Positions 49,332 through 61,153 of a DNA stretch of 64,000 nt are shown here, piece by piece. Below the pieces are notes generated by a model. That model saw nothing but the letters and a program-made list of their open reading frames with translations, was not told the origin of the DNA and ran no database searches. The translations under genes were made by a program, and so were the position numbers. This DNA is from Malacoraja senta (taxonomy: Eukaryota). The stretch spans positions 24,368,001 through 24,432,000 of the forward strand of contig CM075988.1 of assembly GCA_038087875.1 (NCBI GenBank), in the 5' to 3' direction. The number at the start of each line of letters is the position of its first letter. Within the stretch, counting starts at the first letter, position 1.

Positions 49332-50770
49332 CTCCCAATGCTCGATACCAAGGAGTTTTCCATCATTGGCCAGGGTCAGATTAATGAGCATAACATTTAC
49401 TCAGTATGTTTTTGTAAGAAAATCTACATTGTAATCTGATGCACAGCTGCTCGGTAAATAGTCAGCAACCAGCGTAAAATTAAAATGTTATAATTTGACT
49501 TGGATAATGATGACAAAGCAGTGTTTTGCTTGTTTATTCTCCTTGTGTATATGGCGGTTGAATAGTCCAGCTGCTGTTGCCTAATCAACCTGTTGCTGTG
49601 TTTTAGGCCATTACTTCTGATGACCCTACCTTCCAAAGTGCTGAGGCTTCCCACTTCAATTATTAATTTCCTCTGAGATTTTCACAAGGGCATTTTTCCG
49701 GGAGATTTCTTGCGATTAACAATTGGATGGAGGTTCATTGTGCAGGAGCAGATGCCGCCTCTGTTTGGTTTCAATATTTTTACAGCCAACTAACTATCCA
49801 TTCAGTATTTGAATTTCACGTTGAAAGCTTTTGTCGGGATTTTTTAAAAGACGGGATTATAGCCCTGTCTGGTTGTGGTAAGAGTGGCGATGATAACTAA
49901 ACCCAGGGGGTGTAGTAGGAAGGAACTGCAGATGCTGGTTCACACCGAAGATAGACACAGAATGCCGGAATAAAATGCTTGAAATATGGCTTATGGTCTT
50001 TTACATCTACTTGGGCCTCAGCTCAAAGTCTCAACTGAAAGACAACTCCTTGTGTCCTCGAAAACAACTGCACGAGTTTATGTTTAGTGCTGCAATCATT
50101 GGAGCAGACCTGGGACCACGACATTCTGATCTGAACTGAAAGCTACACATGACGTTATGAAAATTAGCTATAGTAGCTTGGCAGAAAAGCAGAGTTCCAG
50201 CAGTCTGAGCCAACATTGATCTAGCCAACAGCAGGGATGGATAAACATTCTCTGCCTCCTTGTCACCTTCCCCTCAGCTTATTAAAAATAGACACAAAAT
50301 GCTGGAGTAACTCAGAGGGACTGGTAGCATCTCTGGAGAGAAGGAATGGGTGACGTTTCAGGTCAAGACCCTTATTCACAGTCAGAAGAAGGGTCTCGAC
50401 CCGAAACATCACCTATTCCTTCGCTCCATAGATGCTGCCTCACCCGCTGAGTTTCTCCAGCATTTTTATCTACCTTCGATTTTTCCAGCATCTGCAGTTC
50501 CTTCTTAAACATTATTCTACATCTCCTTATCATCATCTGCTTTGATCTGTCATTTTCACACCTTACCCTTCCGTATCTATAGACTCCCTCTCCCCTGACT
50601 CTCAGTCTGAAGAAGGGTCTCGACCCAAAATGTCACCCATTCCTTCTCTCCAGAGATGCTGCCTGTCCCGCTGAGTTACTCCAGCATTTTGTGTCTATTT
50701 CAACAGATCAGACAGCATCAGTGGAGAGAGAAACAGTTAATAGGAGATTATTAGATTCTAGATCAGTATG

Positions 50771-50950
50771 GACAAAATTGCTGGAGAAACTCAGCGGGTG
50801 CGGCAGCTTCTATGGAGCGAAGGAAATAGGCCACGTTTCGGCCCGAAACGTGGCCTATTTCCTTCGCTCCATAGAAGCTGCCGCACCCGCTGAGTTTCTC
50901 CAGCAATTTTGTCTACCTTCGATTCTCCAGCATCTGCAGTTCCTTCTTGA
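50771..50950. mobile_element. PLE-terminus insertion containing a perfect 143-bp palindrome
   Basis: 50771-50841 is the exact reverse complement of 50843-50913. Confidence 0.9.
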
Positions 50951-51709
50951 ACAAAACTCTAGATCAGAATGGGTTATGGGGCGAAGGCAGGAGAATGGGG
51001 TTGAGAGTGAAAGATCGATCAGCCATGATTGAATGGTGGGGTAGACTTGATGGTCTGAATGGCCTAATTCTGCTCCTAGAACCTATGAACTTAACATTTC
51101 ACGACTGGTCTCTTCATCAGGAAGGCTCTGATATTGTAGCCTGGCTGTCTCCTTGCTACTGAAAGAATTTAGCATCACCTGAGGTCCACACACAATCTGT
51201 TCTGTGCAGTCGTGAGTGAGGAGGCTGCACTCTTCGAGATGTTATCTTTCAAATGGAAGATTAAACTGAGTTTTCCTGTGGTTTTTATTGACATATCGAG
51301 CCCAGAAAACATTGAATTAAAACCAGACTCTATTTACCTTTGGCCGGGGAGAAACAAAACCTTTTGTTTTTACAATCTCTGAGGAACAATCACTTCTCTA
51401 TGTAGCTGATTAATTACTTTGAAGTGTAACGACTATGGTGGTGGGGTTATGCAGTGAGATAGTGAGAGGATACAAACATAGAGAGTTGTGAATCTGTCGA
51501 ATTCTCTGCCACAGAAGGCAGTGGAGACCAATCACTGGATGTATTCAAGAGAGAGTTAGAGATTTAGCTCTTAGGGCTAACGGAATCAAGGGATATAGAG
51601 AAGAAGCAGGAACGGGGTACTGATTTTAGATGATCAGCCATGACCATATTGAATGGCGGTGCTGGCTCGAAGGCCCGAATGGCCTATTCCTGCACTTATT
51701 TCAATATCA

Positions 51710-52000
51710 ATCAATCAATCAGTTTTATTCGTCTCTTGCACATAAAGTGCAAGTGAAATTAATTTGCCAGCAGCGGTACAATGAAAAAGAACACACAAAA
51801 ACACAATAAAAATTTAACATAAACATCCAGCACAGCATTCATCACTGTGGTGGAAGGCACAAAATTTGGCCAGTCCTCCTCCATTTTCCCCCGTGGTCGG
51901 GACCTCAACCCTCCGCAGCCGCTGCTGCGGGCGTCCAGATGAGTAGACAAGGTAAAGTCCAGGTAAGTCCAGAATCGGTGCCTCCCCACCGGAGACACCG
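51710..52000 (-). mobile_element. Unclassified interspersed repeat with a (TTGA)n tail; related copy at ~62880-63410
   Basis: Both copies share ATAAAAATTTAACATAAACATCC...CATTC(A/G)TCACTGTG(G/A)TGGAAGGCA. Confidence 0.55.
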
Positions 52001-53857
52001 GAGATTGATTATCTGTTAAATAATCAAAGTTTATCCAGAATATAGACACAAAATGTTGGACCCTTCTGAAGATAGACAAAAATGCTGGAGAAACTCAGCG
52101 GGTGAGGCAGCATCTATGGAGTGAAGGAATAGGTGACGTTTCGGGTCGAGACCCTTCTTCAGACTGATGTGGTGGTGGTGGGGGAGGGGGGGGTGGGTAG
52201 AAGAAAGGAAGAGGTGGAGACAGTGGGCTGTGGGAGAGCTGGGAAGGGGAGGGGAAGGATGGAGAAAGCAAGGACGACCTGAAATTGGAAATCCTTTTCT
52301 CCAGCGATGCTGCTTGTCCCGCTGAGTTACTCCAGCTTTTTGTGTCTATCTTCGGTTTAAACCAGCATCTGCAGTTCCTTCCAATACATTTAGGGACCTT
52401 ATTTGCTGTAGATTCAGATGGAACTAATAATTCGTTGCATGATGGCACTAACTGGCGGCTCTCCGAGGTTACAAGGATGCAAGTGTTGAAGACTTGCTGG
52501 AGATCGACGGCAGAATCCAATGGGGGCAGAAACGAGTTAATGCACATTTGATGAGGGTTTTCCCTGTCTGTTGCTGATTTAGGTAGTGTAATTCTACACG
52601 CGGAGTCTTTGTAAATGAGCACTTTGAGAATGAAAATGATCATTGTGTCATTCATAAATCTGGAAAGCAGAATGTTAATGACCTATGATAATTTTCAATC
52701 CAATTTTTATCGTTCCTGCAGGGTCGTTCCTATTACAGTCGGATTCAGAGAGCAACAACTGGCAAAGGGAAGGTGGGAATGAGATGAGCAGCTGGGAGAC
52801 TTGCATGTAGATGGTACATGTGGATGCGAAGGGGGCAGTGCCCCCAGCTGAGAAATTGACTTCTGCAATCGAAGCAACATTTTCTCTTCATTAATTCCAT
52901 CTAAATGCAGCCAAACTAAGGTCCCAACATACTTCCCTGATACAGCCTCACATGTACACATATATAAAGCACTCACACTAACATACCAATACACGTATGC
53001 AGAAGCACATGAGCGTATTCACATCCATCTATACACATACAACAAGATGTACTTAAGATGCAAACAGATATGCACACAGACACATAAGCAGACATAGAGG
53101 TAGAAACACAAGTAGGGATAGAAGAAGCAGAAATAGCGAATAGACCATTTGGCTATTCAATAAGATCATTGCTGATTTTTATTACCTCATTCCCTGCACT
53201 AATCCTACATTCAGGTCCCAAACTGGTTTTCCGGCACCCTTGGTTCCAGAGCATTGCTGGATTATCCATTTTGCCGGACCAACAGAGGTCAAGGCCTGGC
53301 GGGAGCCGAGATACAAAGTCGGCCTCGGATGTTGGCTATGGGAACGGATCTGCCAGCTCCGGCCAGGCCGGTGTTTCACAGACCCGGCCACAAGGGGCAA
53401 ATTCGACCCGATGATGGGCCGTGGAAGTGACCATGAGGTCGGGATCGGTCGCCTCATCCGGCCTAGGTACTGCATTTTTGCAACAAACATGGGGGGAGCC
53501 GAGACACCAGTCCACAAAGTCGGCCTCGGAAGTTGGCTATGGGAGCGGATTGGCTCTTTCTGGTTCAAGGCTTTTCTAACGGGTAGAACTGTTCAGTTCG
53601 GGTTTCACCTTCATAATAATTTTGCACTTTTTCTCCAGTACAACTATATGCTTTGTAAAATATACAAACCAGAACAGAACTCCAAGTGTGGTCTAACCAT
53701 GCCTCCCTGTGACAGTGAAGTAACTAATAGATAACACGTTACAGATAACTCTGCTTAAATCCTAGTTGAGAACAGCTTTTATAAAAATATTTTTGGAATT
53801 CATATCTGGATACTTTTAAGGTATGTTGCTCGGATTCCTAGAATGTTAGTACACTTA

Positions 53858-54277
53858 TGGGCCTGTCCCACTTAGGCGACTCTTTCGACGACTTCCAGGG
53901 ATTAGTATTTAATGGCATTCACCTACGACACCTGGCGACAACCTACGACAGCACCTACGACAATCTACTGTGTTTAAGAAGGAACTGCAGATGCTGGAAA
54001 ATCGAAGGTAGACAAAAGTGCTGGAGAAACTCAGCGGGTGCAGCAGCATCTATGGAGCGAAGGAAATAGGCAACGTTTCGGGCCGAAACGTTGCCTATTT
54101 CCTTCACTCCATAGATGCTGGTGCACCCGCTGAGTTTCTCCAGCACTTTTGTCTACCTGCGACAACCTACGACAGCTAAAATTGTCGCTACTGTCGCCAA
54201 AAAATGTTCAACATGTTGAAAACTTTGCGGCAGTTGCCTGTAGTCGCCCAAAAAATCGCCAAAGTGGAACAAGTCCT
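53858..54277. mobile_element. Harbinger-type MITE interrupted by a PLE palindrome
   Basis: GGGCCTGTCCCACTTAGGCGA...TCGCCAAAGTGGAACAAGTCC; CTACGACA internal repeats. Confidence 0.7.
53971..54158. mobile_element. Palindromic PLE-terminus insertion nested in a Harbinger-type MITE
   Basis: Arms 54006-54080 and 54082-54158 with two mismatches. Confidence 0.85.
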
Positions 54278-54691
54278 TGGGAAGCAGTATGAAAATATTC
54301 TTATTGAGGGTCAAAGAGTCAGAGGCAAGGAATGAGGACCAGCCTGTAATATAGTTGAGCAATAGAAGAAATGGAAATGGAAGGGCTGATATCTGTTACC
54401 TAACTTCCAAGATTAAACTGCTGCCTTGAAATTGCTTTCCTTCAACCATTGATTTAGGGATTAACAATTGTGATGTCAATACTGGAGGCTTATCAATGAA
54501 TTTCCTATTGATTAGCTGGCTGGTTCATATCCAGCTAATACTGGATTATGTAAGATGGAGTAAACAGTGGATGATGGGCACATACATTACAGCTGGTGTC
54601 AGATCGTGCGCTGACGATACATGGCGCCGGGTTAGGAGCAGTTTCCCCTGAGTTGCGAGTTTGGGGAACTGGTCTGAAGGAAGGAGTCCCT

Positions 54692-55050
54692 CATAGAAAC
54701 ATAGAAACATAGAAAATAGGTGCAGGAGGAGGCCATTCGGCCCTTCGAGCCAGCACCGCCATTCATTGTGATCATGGCTGATCGTCCCCTATCAATAACC
54801 CGTGCCTGCCTTCTCCCCCATATCCCTTGACTCCACTAGCCCCTAGAGCTCTATCTAACTCTCTCTTAAATCCATCCAGTGATTTGGCCTCCGCTGCCCT
54901 CTGTGGCAGGGAATTCCACAAATTGACAACTCTCTGGGTGAAAACGTTTTTCTCACCTCAGTCTTAAATGGCCTCCCCTTTATTCTAAAACTGTGGCCCC
55001 TGGTTCTGGACTCGCCCGACATTGGGAACATTGGGAACATTTTTCCTGCA
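54692..55050 (-). mobile_element. CR1 (HER1-like) LINE 3' fragment
   Basis: Near-identical by eye to 5344-5690; (TTTCTATG)n tail. Confidence 0.9.
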
Positions 55051-56281
55051 AATTTCCTGCATTTTTCCTGCAAATCCTGCAGATGTTCCCTCAAAGGCAA
55101 GACGGGGAAAGCAGAATGAATGAACTAGGCTTTTCCCCAGGCATTATCCAACTATATGACCAGCTGCAGGTTAAGGTGCTGGTCCACCTTAACCTGATCA
55201 GCGTTGTCCACTGAGATAGATAGATTCTTGATTAGTACGGGTGTCAGAGGATATGGGGAGAAGGCGGGAGAATGGGGTTAGGAGGGAGAGATAGATCAGC
55301 CGTGATTGAATGGCGGAGTAAACCTGATGGGCCGAATGGCCTAACTCTACTCCTATCACATTTATGATCTTATGATGATCAAAGGGGACAAAGATCAAGG
55401 AGAATGTAGAATGGATCATTGTTAGATGAGGGGACTTGGAAGGTCAGCTGCTGAGGACTGAGGCACCGCCATTCCTCCGCTCATCACTTGCTTTATCATT
55501 ACGAAAGAACTGCAGATGCTGGTTTGAACCAAAGGTAGACACAAAATGCTGGAGTAACTCAGCGGGTCAGGCAGCATCTCTGGAGAGAAGGAATGGATGA
55601 AGTTTCTGGTCGAGACCCTTCTTCAGACTGAAGAAACATCACCCATTCCATCTGTTCAGAGATGCTGCCTGTCCCAGAGTTACTCCAGCATTTTGTGTCT
55701 AACTTGTTTTTTATCAATGCTGATATTTAACTGCCACAGGGTGGATGGGGGGATGTTACAAACTGATGCCTGGCCATTTGTGAAGAGGTGAAATTTGCAT
55801 GGTGATACTGAGATTTACAGCAATGACAAGCTGAACGAGACTTGAATCCTCGCTGAGCTCAAAGATCCGACTTCCCATGATTTACCATTTGAACCATGTT
55901 CGGGGTGTTTAATATTCAACGCTCGAAATGGCAAACATGTCCACACATCTCCTCCTCCTCGCAAAAGATAGACCTGTGAATGTCCGGGTTAATTTAGCTC
56001 AAGCTGTCCTTTGGTATTCTTTCATCTGTGCAAAACAAGCTGTTCCCTCCAGCCGCCTGTCACTGGCAGTTTATGCTGTCTGTTGCCCAGCTGTATATTA
56101 ACCATGGTCTTGCTGCCCTGGCGACTAATGATATCAAAGCAAAAACAGCTTGCTCTTGCTCATGATACCCCCTCTTCCATCTTCCTTTCTTCTGCTCTGT
56201 CTCCTGTTTCTTTATAAAGCTTGCTGGTCCCCCTAACTCAAACCCAATGGCTCAATCATCTTGGGATCACTCTGCCCATAG

Positions 56282-56424
56282 TTCTTCTTATTCTTGCGTA
56301 TGGCGTGCACAGCCTAAAGTTGGAGGACAACTTGTTCGGTTTGATCTTATTTGAGTGTGCACGCCAGGTTGATTGCATTAGTCGAAACAGGGCAGACCAC
56401 GTGTAGGTTGCAATCTCCCACCCC
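56282..56424 (-). mobile_element. Short non-autonomous retroposon with HDV-like ribozyme head and Vingi-type tail
   Basis: Minus strand GGGGTGGGAGATTGCAACC...GTGCACGCCATACGCAAGAATAAGAAGAA; flanked by direct repeat CCCATAG (56275-56281, 56425-56431); second copy at 31689-31818. Confidence 0.8.
56371..56424 (-). ncRNA. Predicted HDV-like self-cleaving ribozyme, minimal, P4 essentially absent
   Basis: Manual fold: P1 GGGGUGG/CUGCCCU with G1-U wobble, P2 GAUUGCA/UGCAAUC, P3 ACC/GGU, L3 UACACGU, P1.1 AC/GU, J4/2 CUAA holding the candidate catalytic C. Confidence 0.75.
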
Positions 56425-56639
56425 CCCATAGATAGGTGAATGTGATGCATGTCAAATCTATTCTAATCGCATTTGCCTGTGGCAAAGGGTGGGAGAAATT
56501 TAAAGTGACGTCTATCAACTCTCTCAAGTGCTGTCACATTCTGATGTTAACCTTATCTCTGAGGAGGATATTAGCCGGAAGGATCCTATCACATATATGG
56601 AGGGAGGCCAATGTCCCATAATGTCATCTTGCTGAAAGT

Positions 56640-57125
56640 CAGAGTTGGGTTAGGGCTGCAAAATTGCCGCAAGGAGATGTGTTGAGTTCATTGTTGTTTG
56701 TCCTCGATGTCAACAATTTGGATGACAATATGGTTAACATGGCTATTAAATATGCAGATTACACCAAAATTGGGGGTATGGTGGTGAATGTGGAGGGCTA
56801 TCTAAGTTTACAAAAGGATCTGAATTAACCAGGGAAGTGGAGCAAGGAATGGCAAATGGAATTGAACTCTGACAATTTAACTCTGAGGTTGTGCATTTTG
56901 CTAAGTTAAACTAGGGTAGGACTAACGCAGTAAGTGGTCGTGCCATGGAAGGTGTTGTAGAGCAGAGAGACCAAGGGAAGCAGGAACATAGTTCCCCGAA
57001 AGTGGTGATATAGGTAGACAGAGTGGCGAAGGAGGCATTTGGCACGCTTGCCTTCATTGGTAAGGATATAAAATACAGAGCTTTGGACATCATGATACCA
57101 GCGTACAAGATGTGGGTGAGGTCAC
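56640..57125 (+). mobile_element. Degenerate CR1 RT fragment
   Basis: VNNLDDNMVNMAIKYADYTKIGG (degenerate FADDTKIGG), LQKDL, WQMELN. Confidence 0.7.
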
Positions 57126-57925
57126 AAAATGTCTGCACAAAACGCCCTCAATAACAATCAGTACTGGAGCACCTCAACTTCAGCGGTTATGCTGCGGACT
57201 ATCTCTTTACACAAAGGGTAACAAAATGGTAACAGAAATATGGAATTTTGTGTCCTCAAAGTACAGTTGATTCATTGAGAAAATACAGTTGATTCATTGA
57301 GAAAGTGCTGTTGATTCATTGAGAAATCCAGAGATTGATATTCTTGTTGTTTAAGTAAATACAACAAAATGCAACCAATGTGTTTAGATGCAGTTAAGGC
57401 ATAGATCCGCCATGGTCTAATTGAAAGATGGATAATGCTCATGAAGATGAACGGCCTCCTTGCGATGCAACGCTCCCATCGCGTGGACAAGTCACCCTCA
57501 ATATGTAGCTGCTTCTGGGCTGTGTTTGGCACAGCCTAGCCTTGCTGTTCTCGTGTTGGCACGATCATATGTCACGGCCTCACATTAAGATCATGTCTTG
57601 GAGCAATGACCTTCTGTCTCTGCACCTGGAATCAAAGTCAGTCGAGACAGACACCAAATACGTCTATATCTGAAGGGAGCCAACGTGTTTGTGTCAATGT
57701 TAATTATCAGGGGACCTGCTCCAGCATTGTGATGAATGGAAAATGAAGAGCAGATGTCTTCATTCCAATTATTAATTGGAACACTTGAGCTCGTCATGTA
57801 AATATTTCAGCTTTGTTTAATATCAGTTTTAGCGAGTTTTAGCGGGTGTTTTAATCAAAAATGTCTTGTTCTGTTTGTGAAAAGGTTTATCATTAATTTA
57901 TGAACAAACACATTGATTATTCTGT

Positions 57926-58144
57926 GTAGGAAGAAACTGCAGATGCAGGTTTAAACCAAAGATAGGCACAAAAAGCTGGAGTAACTCAGGACAGGCAGCG
58001 TCGCTGGAGAGAAGGAATGGGTGACGTTTCGGGTCGAGACCCTTCTTCACACCTGAAGGAAGGTCTCGACCCGAAACGTCACCCATTCCTTCTCTCCAGA
58101 GATGCTGCCTGTCCTGCTGAGATACTCCAGCATTTTGTGTCTAT
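57926..58144. mobile_element. Inverted PLE-terminus insertion
   Basis: TSD CATTGATTATTCTGT at 57911-57925 and 58145-58159. Confidence 0.85.
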
Positions 58145-60607
58145 CATTGATTATTCTGTTCTTTCTATAATCTTGACTCGTTCACAATGAGACTTTCAGT
58201 GTAAATCTTTCTTGTGCTCGGTTGAGTATAATCCTCGCTTGAATTCCCACAAGTTACTGTTTGTTTACATGTAAAACCAAATGAGGATGGATGGGCTGAT
58301 CAGGAAAGATTACGGTGCCAGGTTTAATCCAAATCCCTCTATTCTACAGCAGTCATTATACAAACTGCCTCCTCTACAATTAATAGGAATTGAGGAGTGT
58401 CCTTTGCAATGTTTTCAGCGGATTTGGTTTTGTGTAATATGCATACTGACAATGCACATGCAACTCAGATCTTCAGTTCTCCTTGGAGTCCGCAATAATA
58501 TTTCCATCGAACGTTAATATTAAATCTGACTCACAAAATACCTGCAGCCCAACCAGGTCCACTTTGCCCAGTTTATCCTCACCCGTGCTCTGTTCCACAA
58601 TTCAGTCTTTTTTTTTTTTTAATTACACTCTGATCCCCAAAAAATACAGTGAGCACTTCACAAATATCGCCACATTTGGAAACACCTGGCTAATCAGAGT
58701 CCGGTGCTGGTGTGTTGGATGGGAGATTGGCGAGATAGCCGGTGTAGTGGAATACCTGGAGCACCAAAGGATACCATCAGGTCACTTTGCCTGGGAATCA
58801 CCTATGATGTAAAGAATGTCGTTGTATTTAAAGTGTCATAATGGCAGCCTTTGGACTTAGTTTGACTTTAGCTTAAAATTTGAATTTATGTGACACCTTT
58901 CATAATCAAGAGATTCTGAAATTGTTCACAACCCAATTAAAGTACATTAATTAACAATAGACAGAGCAGCCAAAGACATTCAGGTTAATTGGCTTGGTAT
59001 AAATGAAACTATTGTTCCTAGTGTGTGTAGGGTAGTGTTAATGTGCAGGGATTGCTGGTCTGTGTGGACATGATGGGCCGAAGGGTATGTTTCCACACTG
59101 TATGATTCTCTATGAAACTATGGGGGAGATGGGGTGTAATTTGGCAAGAGCTATGAGTTGCATCAACGCAGCACTCCAGGGATCGGTGCGGGCCCCAGAT
59201 CTGTAACTATGATCCTGGTCGAGGAAGTGATCCATTACAAATGTGCTACTGTGGTGAAAGGGGACAGACGCCATGTTCACTGGTGAAGTTGCCAAGAAAT
59301 ACACCTATCAATAGACAGTACCATGGTAGACTCAGCGGGTCGGTTAGCATCCCTGGAGATCATGAATAGGCAATGTTTCTGTTTCTGAAGAAGGATCTCG
59401 AAACGAAACGGCCTGACCCACTCCAGCACATTGCATCTCTTTTTGTAAACCTGCATCAGCTGTTCTTGTGACTACTGTGACAGAATAGCTTGTCTACAAA
59501 TTCATGAGATGATGTGTGATAGTGCTTAAAATCATGATATTGTGCTCTTGCATTCATGCCTGAATTGGACTGAATTTTCACAAGCACCCTGGTGAAAATC
59601 CGCATTCACACACTGCACAGAAGATTGGGCAGAATTTCTTCTCCTCCACCGAATGTGTTCAAGAGAGAGTTAGATATAGCTTTTAGGGCTAACGGAATCA
59701 AGTGATATGAGGAGAAAGCAGGAACGGGCTACTGATTCTGGATGATCAGCCATGATCATATTGAATGACGGGGCTGGCTCAAAGGGCCGAATGGCCTACA
59801 ACTGCATCTATTATCTATGTTTCGGTGTTTCTATGATTGCAAACTATTTGAGTAGTACAACGAGGAAGGCCATGCAAAGCGTGACTGGCCATTGATCTCC
59901 CAGTCAGATATTTGTGCTTCCATGCCAGAGGAGGTGATTGAAGCAGAAACCAGCAAGGGTGACGATAGATGACAATGAGTGGACATAGCCCGTCACCCTG
60001 CTTCATTACGGCCAGGAGTGGAGCCACGGTGCAAGCCCGGGAACTCTGCAAATAGGAAGAGACAGTGCCAGTGTTGCAGCTGTGACTATCCTGTGTTATC
60101 AGATGGAGCTGACAACTTGAATTACATCACCCTTCCCAGTCGTACTCATGGCTGTTGATGACCTTGAGATAGAACTGATGATGCAGGAAAGCTCTTAGTG
60201 GCATTTCAAAACAGATCAGAGCTTCTCGTGCTAACAGAGATATTTTCAGACTCCGTCTTTGGAATTAAAGAGCAAAAAAGCAAAACGCCGGAGGAACTCA
60301 GTGAGCCAGACAGCACCCGTGAGGGAAATACACAGACATTGTTTCGGGTTGGGACCCTTCTTCAGACTGATGGAGGAAAGGGGAAATGGGTGGTGGAGAG
60401 AGGTGAGGAGAAGGGATTGTAAAGTATCATGTCATTCATTGTATATTTTCCCCTTACGTTTCACCTCCCAAAATGCAACACCTCACATTTGCTCAGATTA
60501 AACTCCATCTGCAATTTCTCTGCCCATTTCTGTTGCTGACCGACATCCACTGTTTTCTTTGACAGCCTTCCACGACCCCAACGATCTTGGTGTTATCTGC
60601 AAACTTA

Positions 60608-61110
60608 AGGGGCTGTCACACTCTGGTGATCTAATCCGCGAGTTCTGGCGAGTTCGCCCTCGACTCATACTCGCAGCATGGTCGACACGAGGTCGTAGGA
60701 GGTCTTTGTAACGCTCCTTCATGCTCGAGAGTAGTCCCCGTGTACTCGAGGCCTCAGCTAGGTCGATGCGTATTTTTCAACATGTTGAAAAATGCCCGCG
60801 AATAAAAAATGTTCGCCATGGAAAAAATCTATACTTTTTTTACTCGTAGGTTTAGTCGTAGTAGGTCGTAGTAGGTCGGCATGTTAGTCGTAGGTAATCG
60901 AGGGTAGTCGAAAGTAGTCGTAGATAGTCTTCATCATAGTCAAAGGGAGGTCGAAGGAGATTGAAGGAGGTCGTTTTCACTCTCCACTATTCGGTGTCCA
61001 ACTTTCCCGAAGTTAGTCGTAGCTAGTCGAAGCTCGTCTTCAACATAGTTGAAGGAGGTCGAAGGAGGTCGAAGGAGGTCTTCAACATGACATTTTTTCA
61101 AACTCTCCTA
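60608..61110. mobile_element. Harbinger-type non-autonomous element, family B-related, right end not found
   Basis: TTA then AGGGGCTGTCACACT; shares GACTCATACTCGCAGCATGGTCG with 38233-38492; many GTCGTAG/GGTCGAAG repeats. Confidence 0.65.
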
Positions 61111-61153
61111 CAACTAACCAGCCCGTCTATGTTACATCCAAGTCATTTATATA

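Noticed and set aside
53240..53734. 164-aa ORF with repeated KVGLG.WLWERI
   Set aside because: The peptide repeat only reflects DNA direct repeats in an interspersed element.
57263..57326. GTTGATTCATTGAGAAA three times
   Set aside because: Simple local tandem triplication of a ~22-bp unit with no further structure.
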